Position numbers and translations under genes: made by a program. The notes under the pieces were generated by a model. It saw nothing but the letters and a program-made list of their open reading frames with translations, was not told the origin of the DNA and did not search any database. Source: Gammaproteobacteria bacterium (GTDB lineage: Bacteria; Pseudomonadota; Gammaproteobacteria; Steroidobacterales; Rariloculaceae). Taken from it: 53,593 bases of DNA. Shown here in pieces: positions 1-9,158 of this stretch; within the stretch, counting starts at the first letter, position 1, and the number at the start of each line of letters is the position of its first letter. The stretch lies in contig JAYPDM010000007.1 of assembly GCA_038125265.1 (NCBI GenBank), forward strand, positions 1-53,593, given 5' to 3'.

Positions 1-303
1 ATCCAGATACTCTTTCCTGACCCATGGCCCAAAAAAAGACATCACAAGAGGAGAATGATCAACCCTGATTTTATAAATTTAGTATCAACAAAAGTTGTAG
101 AGGGTGGGTATCTTTTTCTCGCGACAGATGAAAAAACGTATGCCGAGCAGATTGATGACGTGCTTAATAATCAAAACTATTTTTCAAGTGTGTTGGTTGA
201 CGAAGTTAACGAAGCATATTTCTATCGATCATCGACGCGATTTGAGAGAAGGGGCATTAGGCTAGGCAACGCCATCACCGAGTGGAGGCTTCAAAAGATA
301 TAG
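1..303 (+). CDS. trmB: tRNA (guanine-N7)-methyltransferase, C-terminal part (5' end outside window)
   Basis: Frame 1 is open from the window edge. It translates as IQILFPDPWPKKRHHKRRMINPDF..., matching the conserved TrmB FPDPWxKxRHxKRR block. Stop codon at 301-303. Confidence 0.85.
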   Translation: MQILFPDPWPKKRHHKRRMINPDFINLVSTKVVEGGYLFLATDEKTYAEQIDDVLNNQNYFSSVLVDEVNEAYFYRSSTRFERRGIRLGNAITEWRLQKI

Positions 304-683
304 CGCTCTGCCTTTTGGGAAAAATCTGAGTCAGATAAAAAAATACATTCTGACTCAACCTTAATCTTTAGCCCTATAAGACTTTTATCTACGCATGGCC
401 CAAAAAAACACTCCCCCGTATCAATTGAAAATCTTGCGCCATGGGAGCGACAGATAATATCTGTCTCCTCCGGACCTAAAAATTTATCTATCTCAAGGTT
501 AAGCGGATGACCGGCATGCGGACATTTATTGAGATAACAGAAGTATTCGCCCTCTTTCTCTAATAACATCAAGCTCACCGGCCAGTCAGGATAATCTATA
601 TGCTCTAAAAAACACTCTCTTGATTTTGTAGTTTTAAGATCCTCAACTTTTGCGATTTGTATCCACTCACCCTTAGTGTTCAT
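291..683 (-). CDS. Rieske (2Fe-2S) domain protein
   Basis: 130-aa ORF with both Rieske ligand boxes, CPHAGH and CRSHGARF. It overlaps the ampG stop by 11 nt. Confidence 0.75.
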   Translation of the reverse strand: MNTKGEWIQIAKVEDLKTTKSRECFLEHIDYPDWPVSLMLLEKEGEYFCYLNKCPHAGHPLNLEIDKFLGPEETDIICRSHGARFSIDTGECFFGPCVDKSLIGLKIKVESECIFLSDSDFSQKAERYIF

Positions 684-1923
684 TGATCCAATCTCTTTTG
701 TATAAGATTAATAAGATTCCGGGAATTGCTATGAGCCCTGACATCATAAAGAAAGGGGTCCAGTCCATGAGCTCGACAAGCCATCCCGTGGGGGCTGTTA
801 ATATAACCCTTGGGAGTGCTGCTAATGCACTTAAAAGTGCAAATTGCGTTGCGGTAAATTGTTTATTCGTAATAAGTGCCATAAATGCTAGCAGACAGGC
901 GGTACCCATCCCCCCGCTTAAGTTTTCAAAACTAATCACCGTCGCAAGTATGGATAGGTTCTTGTCAAAAAGATCAATAAGGATAAATCCAAACGTGGAC
1001 AGACCCTGAAGCACCCCAGCAAGCACCAGAGAGTAGAACAAGCCATACCTAAGATTTATGATGCCACCAATAAATATCCCAAAGAGCAATGGCGCAAGCC
1101 CAAATACCTTGACGACTGCACCGATCTCGGCATTGGAGTAACCACTATCTAGATAAAAGGGTATGCTCATGTGGCTAGCAAAATTATCCCCTAGCTTATA
1201 AATAACGATAAAAAATAAGACTAAGAGCGCGGGATATATTCCCTGGTATCTCTCAACAAAATCACTCACAGGCATCACAAAGGCATCTTTGAGGCTAGTT
1301 GGGCTTCCATAATCCTCTGGCTCAGGGATGATAAAGCTTACAATCACTGTCAGCAACATGACGGATGCCATAAAGTAATAAACCATACTAAAGCTGTACA
1401 GATCAGCCAGTATGAGCCCCCCACCTGAGGCAAGCAGCATGCCCAGTCTATAGCCATAGGTGTACATCATCGCCCCGATCCCCTGCTCCTGATCTTTAAG
1501 GCTCTCTCGCCTATAGGCATCAACGACAATATCCTGTGTCGCTGAGAAAAAAGTTATGATGATCGCTGAGACTACAATCAAATTCAATGATTCGAGGGGT
1601 TCTTGCATCCCCATAAATACAATGGATAACGATAGAAGTATCTGGCTTATCAATAACCAGCTCTTCCTTCTGCCCAGCGTTATGAAATAAAACCTATCAA
1701 GAAGCGGCGCCCAAAGGAACTTAAAGTTATAGGGCAGGCCCACAAGGCCGATCATGCCAACGGTGACCAGACTTATATCAGATTGCGTGAGCCATGCCTG
1801 AAGCACGGTCAAGGTCAACAATAAAGGCAGTCCACTGGCAAAGCCCATCAGCAGAGCAATCCATGCGCGGCTGGAGCTTAAAGCAAAAAAAATCTCTCTG
1901 TTATTCATCAAGTTCATAGTCAA
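673..1923 (-). CDS. ampG: AmpG-family MFS muropeptide permease
   Basis: 416-aa polytopic membrane protein. The N-terminus (LMGFASGLPLLLT...LVGLPYNFKFLWAPLLDR) is typical of AmpG. The true start may be the ATG at 1908, giving an 8-nt overlap with the xth stop. Confidence 0.8.
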   Translation of the reverse strand: MTMNLMNNREIFFALSSSRAWIALLMGFASGLPLLLTLTVLQAWLTQSDISLVTVGMIGLVGLPYNFKFLWAPLLDRFYFITLGRRKSWLLISQILLSLSIVFMGMQEPLESLNLIVVSAIIITFFSATQDIVVDAYRRESLKDQEQGIGAMMYTYGYRLGMLLASGGGLILADLYSFSMVYYFMASVMLLTVIVSFIIPEPEDYGSPTSLKDAFVMPVSDFVERYQGIYPALLVLFFIVIYKLGDNFASHMSIPFYLDSGYSNAEIGAVVKVFGLAPLLFGIFIGGIINLRYGLFYSLVLAGVLQGLSTFGFILIDLFDKNLSILATVISFENLSGGMGTACLLAFMALITNKQFTATQFALLSALAALPRVILTAPTGWLVELMDWTPFFMMSGLIAIPGILLILYKRDWINEH

Positions 1924-2680
1924 TAATCAGCGGGGCGTGGTCAGAAAAAAACTCTTCTCGGTAAATTTTAACTTTTTTCACTTTGTGATTAAAAAAATTA
2001 CTTGCAACCTGATAATCAATACGCCATCCAACGTTATTTTCTCTGGCCCTGCCCCTATTCGACCACCACGTGTACTCATCGTCATTCTTATTGATGTGAC
2101 GGAAGCTATCTATATAGCCCTTTTGAAGTAAACGATCAAACCAAAGTCTCTCCTCGGGTAAAAACCCTGAATTTTTTTGGTTCCCTCTCCAGTTCTTTAT
2201 ATCTTGCTTGGTATGGGCAATATTAAAGTCTCCACAAAATATCACTGGCTTTTTCCTCTTGGCGATCAGCTTTTTATCAAAAATATCTAAAAAACGATAC
2301 TTGGCCTCCTGTCTCGCCTCACCTGATGATCCAGATGGGAAGTAAACCGATGCGACTGAGAATTTTTGAAATTCAACCTCTATATATCTCCCCTCAGCGT
2401 CAAACTCTTTATCTCCTATTTTGTTGATAGTACGAATCGGCTCGTCCTTGGTGTAGACAGCTACCCCACTGTAGCCAGGTTTCTCGGCCTCAACTAAAAA
2501 TCTTTGAAATCCCTTAAGGTGAAAGCTTTCACTTTCAATTTGAGTGCTACTCGCTCGGACTTCCTGCAGACAAATAATATTCGCCCTTTGATACTTTAAC
2601 CAACGAAATAAACCTTTCTTCTCTGCGCTTCTAATGCCGTTTACATTTATTGAAATAATTCTTATCAAAGGGATAGTCAT
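1901..2680 (-). CDS. xthA: exodeoxyribonuclease III / AP endonuclease (paralog 1)
   Basis: 259 aa with ExoIII-family blocks: INVNGIRS, CLQEVR, GDFNIAH, WRIDY, SDHAPL. Confidence 0.85.
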   Translation of the reverse strand: MTIPLIRIISINVNGIRSAEKKGLFRWLKYQRANIICLQEVRASSTQIESESFHLKGFQRFLVEAEKPGYSGVAVYTKDEPIRTINKIGDKEFDAEGRYIEVEFQKFSVASVYFPSGSSGEARQEAKYRFLDIFDKKLIAKRKKPVIFCGDFNIAHTKQDIKNWRGNQKNSGFLPEERLWFDRLLQKGYIDSFRHINKNDDEYTWWSNRGRARENNVGWRIDYQVASNFFNHKVKKVKIYREEFFSDHAPLIIDYELDE

Positions 2681-2730
2681 TAATAGTTATTAATAATTAA
2701 AACTATAGTGCATATAATAATGAATAGGCT

Positions 2731-3372
2731 ATGAAAGATTATCAACAAGATTTTATTGAGCTCGCCATTAGGGCTGACTCACTGCAGTTTGGGAGCTTTA
2801 CGTTAAAGTCTGGAAGAAGCAGTCCCTACTTCTATAATTCGGGTTCAATCTATAAGGGTGAGGAGCTCCGTGTGCTGGGAGACTGCTATGCTAGGGCTAT
2901 TCAAGATCAATCCATCTCATTTGACATGCTCTTTGGCCCTGCTTATAAGGGAATAGGACTGGTGCATTGCGCCGCGATTTCACTTTCACAGTTATTTAAC
3001 CAAAACGTTCCAATTGCCTTTAACCGTAAGGAAAAAAAGGATCACGGCGAGTCTGGAAGCATCGTGGGATCCGAATTAAAGGGTAATGTGCTCATCATTG
3101 ACGATGTCATTACTGCAGGCACTGCCATAAGGGAGTCAATTGAAATCATAAACCTGCATGGAGCCAATCCCGTGGGTATTTGTGTCGCTCTGGACAGACA
3201 AGAACGTGGCCTTAAGTCAAATCTATCTGCAATACAGGAGATTGAGAAGGAATTTAGTCTTCCCGTTTATAGCATCATAAACCTATCCCACTTGCTCGAC
3301 TACTTTGATGATCGTGATCGAGCAATATCTGATTCGATTGCTGACTATAAAGATAGATACGGCGTGTCTTAG
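2731..3372 (+). CDS. pyrE: orotate phosphoribosyltransferase
   Basis: 213 aa. Contains the [12 protein letters not shown] block and the PRPP-binding loop [13 protein letters not shown]. Confidence 0.9.
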   Translation: MKDYQQDFIELAIRADSLQFGSFTLKSGRSSPYFYNSGSIYKGEELRVLGDCYARAIQDQSISFDMLFGPAYKGIGLVHCAAISLSQLFNQNVPIAFNRKEKKDHGESGSIVGSELKGNVLIIDDVITAGTAIRESIEIINLHGANPVGICVALDRQERGLKSNLSAIQEIEKEFSLPVYSIINLSHLLDYFDDRDRAISDSIADYKDRYGVS

Positions 3373-3833
3373 CTTACGCCACTGTGACCAAAGCCTCCGG
3401 CGCCTCTCTCAGTTTCATCAAAGCTTTCAACCACATCAAACTCAAATAAGGTAATTGGGATGATCATAAACTGTGCAATTCTATCGCCAACATCAATTAC
3501 AAAATCTTGGCTGCCCCGATTCCAAAGAGAGACCATAAGCTCCCCCTGATAATCAGAGTCTATGAGCCCTACAAGGTTGCCTAAGACAATCCCATGCTTA
3601 TGACCTAGACCGGATCGTGGGAGAATGATTCCTGCAAAGTTAGGGTCCTTGATATAAACTGCGATTCCGGTTGGTATTAGCAAGGTTTCTCCAGGTTTGA
3701 GTACTTTCTTTTCATCAATACAGGCTCTCAAATCAATCGCAGCAGACCCCTCTGTCGTTTGCCTTGGAAGCTCAATCGAATCACCAACGGCATCATTTAA
3801 AATTCTAACTTCAATTTTTTTCATTGCTTCCAC
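3369..3833 (-). CDS. dut: dUTP diphosphatase
   Basis: Motifs PRSGLG and [11 protein letters not shown], plus a C-terminal [10 protein letters not shown]. An alternative start at ATG 3824 makes an ATGA overlap with the coaBC stop. Confidence 0.9.
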   Translation of the reverse strand: MEAMKKIEVRILNDAVGDSIELPRQTTEGSAAIDLRACIDEKKVLKPGETLLIPTGIAVYIKDPNFAGIILPRSGLGHKHGIVLGNLVGLIDSDYQGELMVSLWNRGSQDFVIDVGDRIAQFMIIPITLFEFDVVESFDETERGAGGFGHSGVS

Positions 3834-5014
3834 TTATTAAATGCTTGATGAATCGAGACAGCGAGCCTCGCAGTCATCTCAGTTTTTGTGCCTGACCCTA
3901 AGTCCTCGATTGTATCAGATCCAAATAAGGTAAACGCGGTATCATCCTCATCAAAAATGAGATTCCTGCCGACTAAATTGCCTACAATGAGATTTGCATT
4001 TTTCGATTTAAGTTTTTTTACTGAGTTCTCATTAAGATTCTCCGTTTCAGCCGCAAACCCAACTGAATAAATGTTTGGATTCCAAATTTTAGACTGCATC
4101 AGAATATCGACATTTTTATGAAGTTCTAAAGCTATAACATTTTCATAGCTTTTAATTTTTTGCTTATATTCCTGCTCGGGGTGATAGTCACAGACAGCCG
4201 CAGTCGCGATAAAAATATGATTATTTTCTATCTCAACTTTTACCGCCTCAAGCATCTCGGTTGCGGTCTCCACTTGTATGCACCTAATCGAGTCGCTGAT
4301 CTTAATATGAGTAGGTCCAGAAATCATTGTTATGTTTGCCCCAGCATCATGCAATGCCTTTGCCAATGCGTATCCAGTCTTACCAGAGCTACGATTTGAA
4401 ATATACCGCACCGGATCAATCAGCTCGCGCGTAGGACCTGCGGTCATGAGTATATTGATACCTGAAAATAATCTCTGTTGAACGCTTGCGTTTGCTTCTT
4501 TGATGGTTTGAATGATCTCCTCCACTTCTGCCATCCTCCCCCAGCCCACATCGCCACAAGCTTGTGTACCGTACGAAGGACCAATAAATCTAACCTTTTG
4601 ATTAATAAGCTGAACTTTATTCTTCTGTGTCGATGGATGAGACCACATGGCCTGATTCATACTGGGCGCAATATAAAGCTGAGCCTTAGAGGCTAAGCAA
4701 ACGCTGGATAGTAAATCTGGTGCTAGCCCCATAGCTATCTGAGCCATAGTATGAGCAGTAGCAGGTGCCAAGAGTATGAGATCTGCCCATTTAGCAAGCT
4801 CAATGTGGGACATTGCACTCTCTGCCTCTTTATCCCAAAGCTCAGAACGAGCCTCATAGCCTGAGACTGCTTGAAAAACGATATCTGAAACAAAGTACTT
4901 TGCACTTTTGGTAAGTATGACGCGCACCTCATGGCCGTCTTCCCTAAGTTTTCTAACAATATCTGGGCTCTTATAAGCTGCGATGCTCCCTGAGACCCCA
5001 AGTACAATATTCAT
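3821..5014 (-). CDS. coaBC: bifunctional phosphopantothenoylcysteine decarboxylase / phosphopantothenate-cysteine ligase
   Basis: 397 aa. N-terminal flavoprotein block ([10 protein letters not shown]...PAT) followed by a CoaB domain ([21 protein letters not shown]). Confidence 0.9.
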   Translation of the reverse strand: MNIVLGVSGSIAAYKSPDIVRKLREDGHEVRVILTKSAKYFVSDIVFQAVSGYEARSELWDKEAESAMSHIELAKWADLILLAPATAHTMAQIAMGLAPDLLSSVCLASKAQLYIAPSMNQAMWSHPSTQKNKVQLINQKVRFIGPSYGTQACGDVGWGRMAEVEEIIQTIKEANASVQQRLFSGINILMTAGPTRELIDPVRYISNRSSGKTGYALAKALHDAGANITMISGPTHIKISDSIRCIQVETATEMLEAVKVEIENNHIFIATAAVCDYHPEQEYKQKIKSYENVIALELHKNVDILMQSKIWNPNIYSVGFAAETENLNENSVKKLKSKNANLIVGNLVGRNLIFDEDDTAFTLFGSDTIEDLGSGTKTEMTARLAVSIHQAFNKWKQ

Positions 5015-5143
5015 TTAGATACTCTCAAATTTACGTGAATTGCTCACTATTATTATAAAAACCGCAAAAAAAGCTAGAACTTGGTTGCCTAAATACCTAA
5101 CTTGCGGTTATATTATCGTTCCTAATTATTAATAGTTGGCTAT

Positions 5144-5380
5144 ATGTCTAGAGTTTGTCAAGTTACAGGAAAGGGTCCAATGTCTGGGAACAATGTCTCT
5201 CATGCAAACAATAAGACCCGCAGGAGATTCTTACCCAACCTTCATACCCATCGTTTCTGGGTTGAAGAGGAAAATAGATATGTCAAGCTACGTGTGTCGC
5301 ATCATGGCCTCAGGATCATTAATAAGAAAGGGATCGGACCGGTCTTGACAGAACTTAGGGCGCAGGGGCAGAAAGTATGA
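5144..5380 (+). CDS. rpmB: 50S ribosomal protein L28
   Basis: [33 protein letters not shown] is a near-canonical L28 N-terminus. Confidence 0.95.
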   Translation: MSRVCQVTGKGPMSGNNVSHANNKTRRRFLPNLHTHRFWVEEENRYVKLRVSHHGLRIINKKGIGPVLTELRAQGQKV

Positions 5381-5532
5381 GAGAGAAAATCAGATTGATG
5401 TCCACAGCAGATACGGGTCATTACTACACAACGACAAAAAATAAGCGCTTGCATCCTGAGAAGATGGAAACTAAAAAATACGATCCAACGATCAGAAAGC
5501 ATGTGATCTACAAGGAAACAAAAATTAAGTAG
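5377..5532 (+). CDS. rpmG: 50S ribosomal protein L33 (not in supplied ORF track, 51 aa)
   Basis: My own translation from ATG 5377 (ATGA overlap with the rpmB stop) gives [51 protein letters not shown], ending at TAG 5530-5532. This is typical L33 sequence in the conserved position after rpmB. Confidence 0.9.
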   Translation: MREKIRLMSTADTGHYYTTTKNKRLHPEKMETKKYDPTIRKHVIYKETKIK

Positions 5533-5537
5533 CTTCC

Positions 5538-6347
5538 TTGCCCGAACTTCCTGAAGTTGAAACCATTAAAAATGCTGTAGCTCCACTTTTAGTCGGACAA
5601 GATATCGTTCGGATTAATATTTTTAACCCAAACCTAAGATGGCCCGTTGATAAGAAGAAACTTCAGAGTCTCAACTCAGAGAAAATCTTATCGATTCAGA
5701 GAAAAGCAAAATATATTGTTATTTACTTTGAGAAAGGTCACATCATTATTCATTTAGGGATGAGTGGTAACTTACACTTTCAAAAAAATGACTTCACTCC
5801 GCTTAGGCATGATCATGCTCAATTTAAATTTAAAAAATATTCAATTTTCTATAATGACCCCAGAAGATTTGGCAGCATTCACTTTGTTAAAGATCTAGAT
5901 TCGTTTTTCTTATTTAAAAATATTGGACTAGAACCTTTATCAGACTCATTTAACGATAGCGCTCTTTTTAAAATGACACGTAATAGAAAAACTTCAATCA
6001 AACAGCTGATTATGAATGGCTCTTTAATCGTAGGTGTTGGCAATATCTATGCGTCTGAATCTTTATTTAGATCTAAAATAAGGCCATCAAAGCCTGCCAA
6101 AAACATCACTAAAAAAGAATGCGTGTATTTAGTAAGCGCAATTAAGCAGGTACTCAAAGATGCGATTAAACTGGGAGGTAGCTCAATTAGAGACTTTAAA
6201 CAGCTGGATGGATCTTCAGGTTATTTTAAGATTAAGCATAATGTCTATGGGCGTGAGGGTGAAGATTGCAATCAGTGCAGCACAAAAATAAAAAAAATCA
6301 TTATTTCTGGTCGATCTACGTTTTATTGCTCTAAGTGTCAGTCATAA
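5538..6347 (+). CDS. mutM: formamidopyrimidine-DNA glycosylase
   Basis: TTG start 5 nt after rpmG. N-terminal PELPEVET, and a C-terminal zinc finger CNQC...CSKC. Confidence 0.9.
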   Translation: MPELPEVETIKNAVAPLLVGQDIVRINIFNPNLRWPVDKKKLQSLNSEKILSIQRKAKYIVIYFEKGHIIIHLGMSGNLHFQKNDFTPLRHDHAQFKFKKYSIFYNDPRRFGSIHFVKDLDSFFLFKNIGLEPLSDSFNDSALFKMTRNRKTSIKQLIMNGSLIVGVGNIYASESLFRSKIRPSKPAKNITKKECVYLVSAIKQVLKDAIKLGGSSIRDFKQLDGSSGYFKIKHNVYGREGEDCNQCSTKIKKIIISGRSTFYCSKCQS

Positions 6348-8005
6348 ACAATTAAGACCGAACCCACTCCCCGAAAATCTGCTGCTCCACTGTAAATATT
6401 TTCTTGGTATTTTTTTGCTGCAGCATACATGTTGCCAAAATTATTTTCGAGCTCCTCAATTTCATGGCCCCTTTCCATAAGGTCATAAATGGCATCAGAG
6501 TTGATTGCGTCTGGTTCTATCTGAAGTAAATTTGGCAGGTATTGGTGATGAATTCTTAAGTGACTCACACTTTGCTCCACCGACTTATTTTCTATCCAAT
6601 CTAAGATAGCAAGCATCACCATCGTAATGATTCTACTTCCCCCTGGAGTGCCAATAGCCATGACATCCTCTTCGCTTGTTATGATGGTAGGTGTCATACT
6701 TGAGAGCATTCTTTTGCCAGGAGCAATTGCATTTGCCTCACTACCAACTAATCCATATAAATTTGGATAGCCAGGCTTAATAGAAAAATCATCCATTTCA
6801 TTATTGAGAAAAATACCGGTCCCAGAAGCTATCATCCCGCTACCAAAATTATAGTTAATACTTTGTGTGGCTGAGACAATATTTCCAAATTGATCAATAA
6901 TCGAAAAATGGGTGGTGTCCATACCTTCTTGAAAATCTGCTTCATCAAACATCATTGGTTCAGAGTTTGAAGCTCTATTCATATCAAAATCATTGAGACT
7001 CTCATTGATATGCCTTTCGCTTAAAAGCATTTCCATAGGAACATCGATAAAGTCAGAATCTCCAAGATACAGTGCCCGGTCCCTGTAAGCCCTTCGCATA
7101 CTTTCAATCAATACATGTATTTGATCGGTCCTATTTAAGGAAAAGTAGTCTAATTGATTCAGCATGCTTAACATCTGGAACAAAGCAATTCCCCCTGATG
7201 ATGGAGGAGGAACAGAAATAATATTATGACCAAAGAAACTTTCAATCAAAGGCTCTCGTTCGATGATTTCATACTCCATTAAATCTTCTGCAGTCCAAAT
7301 ACCCCCCATGGCTTGAGTGGCTTCAAGCAGGGTTATTGAAAGCATTCCTTCATAAAAATCACGCGCATGACTCTCAGAGATCAATGAGATACTTCTTGCT
7401 AAGTCTTCCTGAACCAGTATTTCACCTGCAGCAATCGGCTTATCATTGGAGTTAGAAAAAATATCTTTCGCCTCATCATTAAATCGCTCCCATTGTGAAT
7501 GCACCCTATCTTCCAATCTTTCATCTACAATAAATCCGTCTCGAGCCGTTTTAAATGCAAATTCAAGCGTCTCCTCAAAACTCATCATTCCATAGTTACC
7601 ATTGAGAAAAGCTAATCCAGCCGGTAGACCAGGAATCCCCGCAGCCAATGCACCATCAATTGAAAGTCTAGGGATAGGATTGCCTAAGTTATCCAGGTAC
7701 ATATCAGCCGTTGAATTCAATGGTGCACGCTCCCTTGCATCAATCATTGAATACCGATCAGATGCAGCTTCATATATCAGAAAGAAGCCTCCCCCTCCAA
7801 GACCCGAACCAAAGGGTTCTACTACTGATAGGGTAGAACTGACTGCAATCGCTGCATCAAAAGCATTGCCTCCATTTATTAGGATTTCTGCTCCAGCCTG
7901 AGTAGCAAGCGGATGAGCCGATGCGACAACACCTATGGGATTGCCTTGTGCAATTAAGGGGGTTGCACTGAAAAGAAAAAGTATAAAAAGTGATATTCTA
8001 ATCAC
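6338..8005 (-). CDS. ggt: gamma-glutamyltransferase (secreted)
   Basis: 555 aa with a signal peptide (MIRISLFILFLFSATPLIAQG). Catalytic-Thr block DTTHFSIID and other GGT-family blocks (GGNAFDAA, PGGSRII). Confidence 0.85.
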   Translation of the reverse strand: MIRISLFILFLFSATPLIAQGNPIGVVASAHPLATQAGAEILINGGNAFDAAIAVSSTLSVVEPFGSGLGGGGFFLIYEAASDRYSMIDARERAPLNSTADMYLDNLGNPIPRLSIDGALAAGIPGLPAGLAFLNGNYGMMSFEETLEFAFKTARDGFIVDERLEDRVHSQWERFNDEAKDIFSNSNDKPIAAGEILVQEDLARSISLISESHARDFYEGMLSITLLEATQAMGGIWTAEDLMEYEIIEREPLIESFFGHNIISVPPPSSGGIALFQMLSMLNQLDYFSLNRTDQIHVLIESMRRAYRDRALYLGDSDFIDVPMEMLLSERHINESLNDFDMNRASNSEPMMFDEADFQEGMDTTHFSIIDQFGNIVSATQSINYNFGSGMIASGTGIFLNNEMDDFSIKPGYPNLYGLVGSEANAIAPGKRMLSSMTPTIITSEEDVMAIGTPGGSRIITMVMLAILDWIENKSVEQSVSHLRIHHQYLPNLLQIEPDAINSDAIYDLMERGHEIEELENNFGNMYAAAKKYQENIYSGAADFRGVGSVLIVYD

Positions 8006-8470
8006 TTACATAACCTTGGCGATAATTTGTTCGCTCAAAATATCCTCTAGATTGGCACCTGCTTTTATGAGCTCTTTTGCTAACGAAGATGATATGTGAA
8101 CTTTATCAAGATCAGGAGCTAAAAATACAGTTTGCAAGTCATTGCCTATAATTCGATTAACATTGGCCATCATAATTTCAGTGTTTAAATCTTGGATATT
8201 TCTTATGCTTCTTAAAATTACATGAATGTTATGCTGATTACAGAAATCTACTAATAACCCATTAAACGATAAAACTTTAACTTTTATCTCATCCTTATAT
8301 AAGTCTTCTATCATGGCGACTCTTTCACCAATGCTAAATAGAGGTTTTTTACTCGAGACTTCTGATACCCCAATAACGACTTGGTCAAAGATCTTGATAG
8401 CTTTGGCAATGATATTCTCATGACCTTTGGTAAAAGGATCAAAGCTACCTGGGAAAAGCACCTTAGTCAT
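8006..8470 (-). CDS. coaD: phosphopantetheine adenylyltransferase
   Basis: FPGSFDPFTKGHENI nucleotidyltransferase motif, 154 aa. It abuts ggt with no gap. Confidence 0.9.
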   Translation of the reverse strand: MTKVLFPGSFDPFTKGHENIIAKAIKIFDQVVIGVSEVSSKKPLFSIGERVAMIEDLYKDEIKVKVLSFNGLLVDFCNQHNIHVILRSIRNIQDLNTEIMMANVNRIIGNDLQTVFLAPDLDKVHISSSLAKELIKAGANLEDILSEQIIAKVM

Positions 8471-8482
8471 ACAGTTATTATA

Positions 8483-9064
8483 TTATTGTTTTTCAAGCAT
8501 CGCGCATGAACTACTCCCAAATGTTTTTTGTTTGATGAGCTTAAAGACGCCGTCATATCTTTGGGAGACAGTATTAATTTCTTTTATAAAATTTATAGAG
8601 GGTCTTTCGAGTATTAATTTCATACCTTTTTTGAGCTCAGCCGTACTTAAAACATCAATGATAGATAAATCATGTTCATAAGGAGGATCAACAAAAATGA
8701 TGTCGAAATGAGATAGATTATGACTTTGTATAAAATCTTCAGCACTTTGACAAATTACCTCGAGATCAAGTTCTAAAGTTTTAATATTCTCTTGAATAAG
8801 TTCTTTGCTCACTGGATTGTTGTCTACTGCAATTCCTCCGTTTGCCCCCCTTGATAAGGCCTCAATCAACATCACACCCGTTCCAGCAAATAAGTCTAGA
8901 CAGTACTTTTCTGTAATATGTGGGGCTAACCAGTTAAAAACTGTCTCCCTGAGTATGGCCTTGGTTGGCCTAAGGCCCTTATGCTCTCTAAAGTAAATAT
9001 TCCTTCCACGGTATTTGCCGGCAATGACTTTAACCTGATTTTTATTCTTTTGATCAAATCTCAT
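8483..9064 (-). CDS. rsmD: 16S rRNA (guanine966-N2)-methyltransferase
   Basis: LDLFAGTGVMLIEALSRGA SAM-binding loop and a DPPY motif. Conserved rsmD-coaD adjacency. Confidence 0.85.
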   Translation of the reverse strand: MRFDQKNKNQVKVIAGKYRGRNIYFREHKGLRPTKAILRETVFNWLAPHITEKYCLDLFAGTGVMLIEALSRGANGGIAVDNNPVSKELIQENIKTLELDLEVICQSAEDFIQSHNLSHFDIIFVDPPYEHDLSIIDVLSTAELKKGMKLILERPSINFIKEINTVSQRYDGVFKLIKQKTFGSSSCAMLEKQ

Positions 9065-9110
9065 ATTGCAAAAATTAGATTAAACCTTTGAAATTATTAT
9101 TAATTTTTAT

Positions 9111-9135
9111 TAGCACTCTTACTACTAGAGTGCTA
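9111..9135. promoter_or_regulatory. perfect 9-bp inverted repeat (TAGCACTCT-N7-AGAGTGCTA) in the rpoH upstream region
   Basis: Read directly from the sequence. The right arm overlaps a TAGAAT -10-like hexamer (9134-9139). A GAGGA Shine-Dalgarno lies at 9151-9155 and the ATG at 9159. Function unknown: it could be an operator or a leader hairpin. Confidence 0.3.
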
Positions 9136-9158
9136 GAATTACATTCCTTAGAGGACTT

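Noticed and set aside
5060-5109. An 8-bp inverted repeat AACCGCAA...TTGCGGTT upstream of rpmB, in the coaBC/rpmB divergent spacer.
   Set aside because: The arms are short with a 34-nt loop, and the right arm coincides with plausible promoter hexamers. It is too weak to call a regulatory structure without conservation data.
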